Source of the DNA: Eledone cirrhosa
Lineage: Eukaryota
Reading direction: 5' to 3'
NCBI GenBank assembly: GCA_964016885.1
Contig: OZ024744.1
Location: 84,754,001-84,818,000, forward strand
DNA length: 64,000 nucleotides
Shown: piece after piece, positions 54,441-64,000 of the stretch
How the letters are laid out: each line of letters opens with the position of its first letter
How positions within the stretch are numbered: position 1 is the first letter of the stretch
The notes under the pieces: model-generated
Told to the model about the DNA's origin: nothing
The model's database searches: none
Seen by the model: only the letters and a program-made list of their open reading frames with translations
Made by a program: the position numbers and the translations under genes

Positions 54441-54861
54441 AGCTTCTCTCCCTTCTTTCCCCGAAAAGAAGTGACATAATCACTACGTTAAAACTGATAG
54501 CGTATGGTTTCTAAATGTTTTTAATTAAACATACTGTATATTGCCAAATGACTATACATATATTCATGTATACATCGCTATTTCAGAGCACCAATACTAA
54601 TACCTAATTTTTGCTGGACCTGCGATCGCTCTGTAAAATCAGATCCTGATTATTACTGGAATTCTATAAGAATCCAACTTCTAAACTTTCGTCGGAAGCA
54701 GGGGAGTACGTGACTCTGATGAACGCCAACCAGCGTGAAAAAGACTGTCAGCTTCTTTCGTCGAAAAGAAGTGACTAAGTCACTACTTTAAAATTGATAG
54801 CCTATGGTCTTCTAAATGTTTTTAATTTAACATACGGTATATAGCTAAATATACTATACAT
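54441..54861 (+). mobile_element. Retrozyme-like partial tandem unit (period ~300 bp) with HHR at 54713-54752
   Basis: Direct repeats 54441-54560 and 54750-54861. CTGATGA-ACGC-caacca-GCGT-GAAA-AAGACT-GTC-AGC. Confidence 0.65.
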
Positions 54862-54866
54862 ACATT

Positions 54867-54906
<40 letters not shown>

Positions 54907-54937
54907 GTATGTATATATATATATATATATATATAAA

Positions 54938-55029
54938 ACGAAGGAAGTGTGGTAAGGAACCAGGTGGATCATAACGCACCAGAGTCTAAACGGCTTGAGC
55001 TCTGCCGTCGGGATCCTGACTCTTTTCAT
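54938..55029 (-). mobile_element. Family A copy (tail joined to inverted HHR stem III arm)
   Basis: ACGAAGG..GGTAAGGAACC tail + AAACGGCTTGAGCTCTGCCGTCGGGA. Confidence 0.7.
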
Positions 55030-55359
55030 ATATATATATACATATAAAAGTTTCGTGAAATAGTCTTTTTAAGACTATATAGTGCATTTGTAGATTTTCC
55101 CAAATTGACGGATTAGTATTTCATCTGATTGTATTTTGAGTTAAGATTCTATTAGTTTTTCCCCCAGATTACACAAAGTCTGAGGATAACATTTTTCTTC
55201 TTGACTTGTTTTGAATTAAGATTGTTTTATTTTCCCATATCTTACATTAAATATTTTTCATCATGATGTTATAGTCACTTATATGTCTGAATTACTGTCG
55301 GCTTCTTGCTTACATTAATTTCTCTATTTTCATTTATATATATATATATATATATATAT

Positions 55360-55581
55360 AGGAACGAGTAGGACCCCGACGGCTGAGCTCATGCCGTTTC
55401 GACGGCTAATTCTGGACTAAAAAAAAAAAAATTTTTTTTTTTTAGTCCAGAATTAGCCGTCGAAACGGCATGAGCTCAGCCGTCGGGGTCCTACTCGTTC
55501 CTATTACCCACTCTACCACCCTAAGTATTGAGTACTTTGGTGCGTTATGGTCCACCTGGTTCCTTACCACATTTCCTTCGT
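55360..55581 (+). mobile_element. Family A copy with an essentially perfect ~143-bp palindrome + tail
   Basis: 55360-55502 is self-complementary about the A-run/T-run centre. Confidence 0.85.
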
Positions 55582-55609
<28 letters not shown>

Positions 55610-55612
<3 letters not shown>

Positions 55613-55981
55613 ACAAATTGAACGGGAACAACACAGAGAGGCAGTACGAACAAAGGTTTATTAGTTTCACGCTCTTGAGAGTGGGGTGGTGGTGGGGAAC
55701 GACGTTTCGGGCATAAACCCTTCTTCAGGTGAACAGTGTGTGGGAAGAGAGTTCCAAGGGTGTGTAGGGGAGTGGTGGAGAGACATATAGAAAAAAGAGG
55801 GTGAGAGGAAACGGTACAAATGAAATTAAATATAAAAGCATAATAAAAATAAAAATAAACATGGAGTAAAACAGGTGGTGGAAGGGTGTGGGGCGTGTAG
55901 GGGTGGTGGCGGGTGGAGTGGGGAGTGGGAGGCGGGGTGTCCGAGCGGGGAGGGCTGAAGGTGGTGTGTGTGTGTAGGTGT

Positions 55982-56017
<36 letters not shown>

Positions 56018-58081
56018 AAAAGTAAGAGTTGGGGGAAGAACGGGGTTGCATGTTCAGGAAGCGGTATGTGTGGGGTGGGGTGTAGGTCGGAGTGTGTGTG
56101 CCTGTGTGGATGGGGAGGGGTCAGAGGATTCTGGAGGCTGAGTGTGTAAATATGTGGTGGTACGCACGTGTGTGTGTGGTGTTTATGCGTGTTGTGGATG
56201 TAGGTGGCGTGTGGGAAAAATTTTTTTTTAGTGTATGTCAGTGGGTGAGTCCTTAAGGTAGTTCCGTAGAGGATGTGGTGGAATGCTGGGTAATATCCTT
56301 GGGATGTGGTGGATTCTAAAGATCGATGTTCAATATGTGTAATCCGTGAAGAGATTGGTCGGAAGAGGGGAGATGTGGGGTGCGCGCGGAACAATAAGTG
56401 GTCAGAGGGTGAAGGCAGGAGGAGGGGTGTGTGTGTGTGCGGGGAGGTGGTCAGAGATAAGGGCATAGCAGCAGTCGGGTAGAATGGTAAGTGAAGAAAG
56501 TCGGTGTGTCAGTGTGTGCGGAGGTGCGGTGGACAGGGGAGAGGATGGGTAGGTGTGAAAGTTGGAGTGTGGAGGGGGTGTGTGTATTAGTAGAGGTGTT
56601 AGTGGGATGTGTGTGTGAGAAAGGGTGTGGGTGGAGCGGGGAGAGAAGGGTGTGGGGGCCGGTGGAGGGAGTGTAGTGTACTGGTGTGTGTGTGCGTGTT
56701 TGGATGAGTGTGTGTGCGGTGAAGGGGGTGTTAGTGGGTGTTAGTATACTGGAGGTGGGGAAAGGGTTGAATGCGGGTGTGAGTGGGGGTCAGTGGTGGT
56801 AGGGTGTGTAGAGTGGGTGGTGTAAGAGGGTGTGTGTGTGTTCGTGTGCGTAGGGTTGGGGGGTGTTAGTGATGTTAGTTGCGTGTAGAGTGGGTGGTGT
56901 AAGTGGGTGTGTATGTTCGTGTGCGTGGGGTCGGGGGGTGTTAGTGATGTTAGTTGCGGGGTGGTGGGGTGGATGTGTGGGGGTGAGGGTTAGTGGTGGT
57001 AGTAGGGTGTGTGTTTAGTGTAAGCGCGTGTATATATGTACCGGTGGGTGTGTGCGTGTGATAAGGAGAGGGGGTAGAAGAAGGGAGGGATGTTAGTATG
57101 TTAGTTGGGGAAGGGTGGTCGGGTGTGGGGTGGAGATGTTAGTATCGTTAATTGTGGGGTGGGCGGTGAAAAGGAGGGGTGTGTTAGTGGTATTAGTGGG
57201 GGATATGTGTGGGGGGGAGGGGGCGGTCGAAGGCTAAAGGAATAAAGGTGGGGAGTTCAGGCCGGGGGGAGTGTGGGTCTGTAGGGTGAAGATGGTTCGT
57301 TTTTCGACCATGAGGAGAGTGGCGGGTGTTCCGTGGCATTGGAGTAGGCCACAGACTGTGAGGTGGTGTGTGAAATGTCCAGGGGCACTAAAGTGGCGGG
57401 CGATGGGGGAACTACCACCGAGACGAATATCTCGGAGGTGTTCAGTAAACCTGTCCGCCAGGCGACGTCCAGTCTGTCCAACAGGGCGTGGTTGGTGTCG
57501 GAGATGTGGGAGGGGAGGGTGGTGACAAGGGGGCCGAGGGTGGAGTCAAGAAAGGCGGAGATAAGTTCGGTGGGGCAGTTGCAAGCGGAGACGATGGGGC
57601 GGCCGGGGTTGTCGAGTTTATGGAGTTTGGGGTGGAAGTAGATGGTGGGGGTGCGGGGGGTGCGGACGATGAGGTGGGAAGCGGTGGGGGGAGGGAGGAG
57701 GTGACATGGTGTTGGATGGTGGAGGAAACTTGTTGTTGGTAGAGGGGTGTGGGATCGGAGGGTAGAGGGCGGTAGAAGAGGGAGTTACGGAGCTGCCTGA
57801 GGGCTTCGGCCGTGTAGAGGTCCGCGCGCCACACCACCACGGCGCCTCCCTTGTCCGCCGGTTTGATGACGATGTCATCTCGGCTACGAAGGGAGCGGAG
57901 AGCGAGGAGTTCGCCCCGTGTGATGTTATTCCGTTTGGAACGGTGGCGGAAGTCGAAACGATTTACGGCGCAACGGCTGGCATCGACGAACGCGTCCAGG
58001 GTGCTAAATTGCCCTGGGGGCGGCGTCCAAGAAGATGGTCGTCAGCTCAGGGCAAGAAACGGGTCTGGGGAGTTCGGAGCC

Positions 58082-58084
<3 letters not shown>
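55610..58084 (-). mobile_element. Internally deleted Neptune-like PLE, same family as 6874-10888
   Basis: IKPADKGGAVVVW, YFHPKLHKLDNPGRPIVSACNCPTELIS, then a direct junction to GQTGRRLADRFTEH. 3' pseudo-LTR at 55610-55760. Confidence 0.85.
55701..55728 (-). ncRNA. Minimal HHR core in pseudo-LTR
   Basis: CTGAAGA-A-GGGT-ttat-GCCC-GAAAC-GTC. Stem I is not obvious locally. Confidence 0.6.
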
Positions 58085-58121
<37 letters not shown>

Positions 58122-58124
<3 letters not shown>

Positions 58125-58477
58125 TGGGAGTGTAACGTGAAGTTACTGTAGGTTCATCCAGGCGAGCACTCGATGTTTAGATTCACGTCAGTGGCCAGAG
58201 GTATAGATAGACAGAGTGTAATATAATAATACAAAGACGATTTGTTAAGCCTTCACTATGTTTATTGACTGGTGACGCGCGTTTCGCTATTGGCCAGCTC
58301 AAGGTATGATCTGTATTGATCTGGCCCGTCTCTGGAATCAAAAGCTCGTCAAACCTCAGCAGAGGTCCGACGAGCTTTTGATTCCAGAGTCGGGCCAGAT
58401 CGAACCTTGAGCTGATCACTAGCGAAACGCGCGTCACCAATTAATAGATGTAATGTAGGCTTAACAAATCGTCCCTG

Positions 58478-58482
<5 letters not shown>
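58122..58482. mobile_element. Fold-back element with an HHR in each arm (58271-58355 on -, 58364-58438 on +) plus tail
   Basis: Arms ~58228-58356 and ~58362-58482. Consensus GGT-CTGACGA-GCT...AGC-GAAAC-GCGC-GTC-ACC. Confidence 0.75.
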
Positions 58483-58533
<51 letters not shown>

Positions 58534-58981
58534 TGAGAGAGAGAGAGGGCGAGAGAGAGAGAGAGAGTGAGAGAGAGAGGGAGAGAGAGATGTCGTGTTC
58601 TAGTTTGGCATGTTGGTATAGCACTGATAAGCCTTTCTCCTCCTTAAGTCCTCGCCAGTGTTCCTTTAATTTCTATACTACAGGCTGTCTCTCCTATGTA
58701 TGCCGTTGTCTTGCAGAACAAATATCTATATATCTAAAACAGAGAATGTCTGTCTGTCTCCCTAAAACTCGAGAACCACCCAACCGATTGTTTTCAAACT
58801 TTACACATTCAATAGTGTGAGTGTTTTGAGCAAAAAAAAAAAAGTTCAAATGTTCAATGCCTTAACGTTTTTCGAAATATTTACTGCGTTCACAGAATGA
58901 TTTTTTAGTTTCAGAAGATCCCATTAAGGGTGAAAGCAGCGATTCTTTGCTTAAAATTTAATCTGTTATTTTAATATATAT

Positions 58982-60341
58982 ATCTATACTATAAAGCTGA
59001 CAGCCGTACGTAGGTAACAAACTTTCCACCAAACGGCTGGACCAAACAGCACCAAATTTGCAACATAGATTTAACTTTTTCCAAGTAAAAAAGTGAGGGT
59101 ATTTTTTACTACTGAATTTTGTTAAAAGATTAAAGACATTATTTAAATATTCACTTCTTTAAAATTTCAAATGTCAACACTTCCGGTTATACATCATTCC
59201 TCACTTTTTCTTATGACATCGCACAACATTCCCCTCTTTTCCTTATTCTGTATGTCTGGCTGTCTGCATTAGATAACGTTTTTCGAAATATTTACTTCTG
59301 CGTTTACAGACTGATTTTTTTAAGTTTCAGAAGATCCCGTTAATGGTGAAAGCAGCGATTCTTTGCTTAAACTTTAATCTGTTATTTTAATATATATATT
59401 CGTGTACAGATATTTTTGCATACACAAAAACAAAAACCTATTTCACGAAAGCACAGACGGCTTATCATCATTGTTACTGTTCGAGGTTAGAGAACCACGG
59501 TCTTTCCAAGATCTGAGAACCATCAATGGTCATCAATGTTCCATTTACCGTTTGGCTCGCCAGATGCGTGGTATTGTACACAATGACAGCAATTAGGACC
59601 TCAGACTGGAAGAAGTAGCAACTGCTAAAGTCCCTTCTCAGCTGCGAAAACATTTTGCTATTTTGCTGCACAACTGCGATCTCGCCGACCCGCTCGCAAT
59701 GTGGAACAACCACCCTGAAAGTCTAGCTGAGGACATCCTCCACTGCACACGCAAACACAATCCGAACGTAACTTACGATGTCGTTTTCAACGAGGCGCTC
59801 ATTTGTCTTGAAAACAGTGTCCTGGAGATTGGTGGTAGGCCTCTAAGTCACTAGTTTACCTGCTCCTGACAGGAGTGTCCAGAGGTCAACGTCTACAGAG
59901 CTTCTCCGCGAGGCGAGCTACGAGATCAGTGATTCTCCCATGGTCAGTTGTATGTAGGATGCTCTAGGGTGAGCTCGCCAAACAATCTCTTCATCTTTTC
60001 TCCGGAGGGCCGAACAAAAAATATTGTATACTCTGAGGCTTTAACAATGTAATTTAAATATTTTCTGTTACTTGGAATTTCCATTATGGGTGTACAAATT
60101 ATTGTTTGTTAAAAAATGTGTTCTCTGTTCAGCCTTTATTGTTGTAATTATCAATTTTCTTTAACGTACTGGCTGCTGAACTGAGGAGTCCTAAAACCTA
60201 TTCAAACCCAACATCAGAGCACGTTAATCCCCTCGCTGACTTGAGAGGGCGTGCGGTATCTTTGCACTAGTGTAGGGGGATTCCTGAATCGATAAAATGA
60301 CGGTACACCTAGCCGGGCACCAGCCGGACGAGCCAGCTAGT
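58982..60341 (+). mobile_element. Internally deleted Helitron (RepHel fragments)
   Basis: LLLFEVREPRSFQDLRT; QLR..FAILL..C...P..W; FSHGQLYVGCSRV...TKNIVYSEAL; 3' CCGGGCACCAGCCGG...CTAG. Confidence 0.85.
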
Positions 60342-60619
60342 TTATATATATATAATTATATATTCGTGTACAGATATTTTTGCATATATCAAATATATAA
60401 GAAGCCTAGAGCATGGGCCATTCTGCTAGTATATATTATAATAATTATATACAAAAAAGGAATGTTTGCTGCAATCACATTATCTTATTTCTTCGATATT
60501 GTAGAAGTCTTGTGTTATAGCTAGCAAATATAAAAGACAGTTTGAAAGTGTTTTTATATTTTTTTGTGTGCGTGTGCGTGTTTCTTTCGTAAAGTAAGAT
60601 ATACTCCATATTGCTTCAC

Positions 60620-61372
60620 ACACAAACACACATCCACCATACACAAGCACACACACACACACACACGCACACACACGCACAAAGCATTCACACACAAAAA
60701 TCCGCATATACATATACACACGAACACAAACCTACACGTACACACACATGCATTCACACACAAAAATATACACATATACATATATACACACACACACATT
60801 CACACAAAAGAATACACACATACACATATATACGCACCAACAGACACCCTCAAACGCATTCACATACAAAAATACGCATATATACATATATACACACAAA
60901 CACCCACCCACGCTCAGAAAAATACGCATATACGCACAAACACATACCCACATGTACATACACACAAACGCAATTACACAAAAAATACACCCCCATATAT
61001 ATACACACAAACACCCACCCACACAAACGCATTCACATACAAAATACGCATATACATAAATACATACAAACACACACACCCTCACGTACACGAAAGTATT
61101 CACAAACAAAAATACACATATATACATATATATATATACAAACACAAACCCACACCAACACACACACAACTGCATTCACACACAAAAATATACATACATA
61201 CACATATACACGCAAGCACACGCCCACACGTACACACAAACACAAACGTATAAACACAAAAATATTCATACATACACACACAAACACACCCTCACACGCA
61301 TACAACCACACACACACAAACGCATTCACACAAATATAAACACATACAAACACAGTCATGCACGCGCACACA
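60620..61372 (+). repeat. Cryptic CA-rich minisatellite
   Basis: Recurring GCATTCACACACAAAAATA unit. Confidence 0.85.
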
Positions 61373-61459
61373 ACGCCCTAATATTCAAATCTAGGAAAAA
61401 GACAGTAATAAAAATGTAGATAGTAGAAACAGCTTTTAGACTCATTCTCTCTTATATAC

Positions 61460-61655
61460 ACACAAATTAAAATTCCGTTATAACGAATACCATTATAGCA
61501 AATTTTTCAGCATAACGAATTTTTTTTTTTCAATCCCCGAGGTAATAACAAACAAAACGCTCGATTTATTTCGGTCGATCTCGTTATAAAGAATTTTTCG
61601 TTACAACGAATTTGTTATACCCCGTGAAATTCGTTATAACGAAATGTCAGTGTAT
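61460..61655. mobile_element. Pogo/Tigger-like MITE remnant
   Basis: Repeated palindromic CGTTATAACG motifs at both ends. Confidence 0.5.
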
Positions 61656-62341
61656 ACACCAGGTCCGAACACAAAAAGACCAAACTCCCAAACACACTAC
61701 CCCCTACATATGAAAAAAAAGTTACAGAGCAAAAAAAAACAAAAACAAAAACAAAATGTTTTTATTCAGTTACCCCCCCCCCTCCCCCCCAAAAAAAGCC
61801 AAAACGACAATGCCCAAGACCCTCTATAATTCGTTTAAAACTGTTTGATAAATCGATGAATCTATAAAGGAATTTTATTAAATAAACCTGGCAATATTCA
61901 TATCCAGTTTAAATAGTTTTCTTAATGAAGTTTCACAATTTTTTAATGGTTTTTATATATTTCCCTTCACATGCTTTATTTCCGTGCATCAAATATTCAG
62001 AAAGTTTAAATAGATTTTGTTTCCAAGGCATGACAGATTTTTCGCGTAAAACTTTCCATACGAACTTATGTGTTTCATGTGAATTGTTCAAGCGTTTCTA
62101 AACACGTCGTTATAACCCGTATTTAATGTGTTTAATTGTTTGACTGGTGATCCTGAAGAATAGTGTGTGTGCTTGAGTAAAATCCTTTATTTTTCTTTGT
62201 TTTATTTTATTTATTTATTTTTTATTTTTTATTTTTTTCTGTCAGGCGTTGCAAATATTATCAGCAATGGAAAGGCAAATGAAAAAATCGTTGATTCAAC
62301 CATAAGGATGTGAAACTAACTCCTAAACCGCAAGGTCACGT

Positions 62342-63607
62342 CTACATTTTGCTTATCGAGAAGGCTTCATAGGACTGTGCTATTGTATTTGAGTTTGAAC
62401 TAAGAATTTGCTTTTTGATTTTGGAAATTGTTTTTAAATTTCGTTTCTTTCCTCTATGGTTAATCTCTTTGGAATGCACTTTCTCTCTGTGGGGGACAGG
62501 GCGATTTATCATATCAAAAGCTCTCCTCAAAGAAAGGTTAAACTGAATATGATTATTTATTCCAGCGCATAAAAAACGATAGAAAAAATCATATCGTATT
62601 TTATAAGTCCAGCTACATAGTCCAATATGTTCGTCTACTATCGATATCTTTGGGGGAGGACAATGCCCGCTTTCTAGGAAATGTAATACGTTCCTGAAAA
62701 CGGCCTTGCAACGTTTTTTACCAGATTTTGAATAATGTTTGTTGTTTTGAGTCAATAATATTTTTAAATCCTCGCAATATTTCATTGCATTGTTCTGTTC
62801 TGAATCGTATCCGGCTTTTTGCATACATTCGAACATTAGCGCAATGGTTTCCGCTGCACATACTGCAACGTTTACAGATTTATTGTGCAGTAGTGCTTCT
62901 AAGGCAACCAGAGTTTCTACGCTTACTACTTCTGCAATTGAAGATAACGATTCGCTGGATATCATTAACGCCCACGCTGCCAGTGAATTAGTAACGAGAG
63001 TCGATGTTACATAGTTTAGGTTGCTCGTAGTTTTGTAATCTTTTTCAACTGGAATGCGAAAGAATATTTCAAAAATTTTCATAAAATATTTTATAATTGC
63101 TGAATCACAGTATGTTACAAAAGCCGAGATGGCTAAGGCTTCTACACATTTTTCTCGTACACTATTAGCAACGTTCTTATCACAAATTAAATAAACGAGA
63201 TATAGATAGTTGTCTTCAAACATTTTCCGACCACGAAAACCCAGTTGTATGAATATCAAGGCAAAAAGCTCTACAAATTTCATTTGCTCATCGTAATCTC
63301 CTTTCAGCAAAAGCGTTTTCAAAATATTTTCGAATTCATCATTGTCCATTTGAATTTCCTTAAAATAGTGTCTTGAAAGAATAATATTTAACTCTCCAAA
63401 TTGTTCAATGCGGATTGAAGAATCTTGATTTGTGATGTATTTTATTGGAATTTTCTTCAGATGTTGCAATGAATGTATTCCGTCATTAATGTTTAAATTA
63501 AATACGAAATTATTTTTAATGACATCAGATTTACCAACGGTCCACAATTTCTCTAAAGAAACCTCATCCGCTGTTCTTCGCCTTTGTAATGCCTTCATTT
63601 GGGACAT
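62342..63607 (-). CDS. Intronless interferon-related developmental regulator (IFRD1/2)-like protein, 421 aa
   Basis: Intact ORF with IFRD-like motifs recognised from memory: IQLG, VREKCVEALAI, SLAAWALM, AAETIALMFE, K..KK..KAVFRNVLHFLE, SW..KIRYD, GINNH..N..LR..F. Confidence 0.8.
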   Translation of the reverse strand: MSQMKALQRRRTADEVSLEKLWTVGKSDVIKNNFVFNLNINDGIHSLQHLKKIPIKYITNQDSSIRIEQFGELNIILSRHYFKEIQMDNDEFENILKTLLLKGDYDEQMKFVELFALIFIQLGFRGRKMFEDNYLYLVYLICDKNVANSVREKCVEALAISAFVTYCDSAIIKYFMKIFEIFFRIPVEKDYKTTSNLNYVTSTLVTNSLAAWALMISSESLSSIAEVVSVETLVALEALLHNKSVNVAVCAAETIALMFECMQKAGYDSEQNNAMKYCEDLKILLTQNNKHYSKSGKKRCKAVFRNVLHFLESGHCPPPKISIVDEHIGLCSWTYKIRYDFFYRFLCAGINNHIQFNLSLRRAFDMINRPVPHREKVHSKEINHRGKKRNLKTISKIKKQILSSNSNTIAQSYEAFSISKM

Positions 63608-63758
63608 GTTGAAGGGATCTATTACTATTCGTATGAAAATAATCTATTTTAAATAGTCAACAATTGATAGACCCAAGTTATTGTTAATATACAATACATC
63701 AGGTTATCAATGTTTATGAGGTGTGTGTATATATATATATATACACATATGCATGCGT

Positions 63759-63796
<38 letters not shown>

Positions 63797-64000
63797 ATAT
63801 GTATGTATAGATGTGATTAAAGGACCTCTTTCATCTTATTTCATTTGGGAAATGATTAAAAAGGAATTATAGCTCAGTTACTTATATTTACATCTTCAAA
63901 ATATTGTTATAGTTTTCTTTACAGTTACGTCATAAAAGTATTGAGAGCTTTCATCATAAAGAGATATGTATTTTTTACGCGAAAAATTCATAGGGTGTCT

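Overview
A 64 kb window of repeat-saturated animal DNA. The dense (TA)n/(CA)n/(CATA)n microsatellites and the tRNA/CORE-type SINEs suggest a cephalopod such as Octopus (inference). Only two host coding segments are supported, both on the minus strand: a large polyQ/polyG terminal exon (27728-29581) and an intact intronless IFRD-family ORF (62342-63607). The rest is mobile DNA: R4/Dong-like and CRE-like RLE LINE fragments, a head-to-tail array of Tx1/L1-type LINEs joined by (ATCT)n, an RTE fragment, several Penelope-like elements (PLEs), mariner/MITE and Helitron derivatives, and SINEs. The strongest signal not shown by the ORF track is about 18 type-I hammerhead ribozyme (HHR) motifs from many families, all read by eye. 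They include non-coding HHR elements inserted as fold-back palindromes in (TA)n (one ~2.3 kb), two short retrozyme-like tandem units (~300 and ~548 bp), and recurrent non-canonical cores (CCGAnGA; a C-A mismatch closing stem II; large stem-II inserts). No folding, alignment or database search was run.
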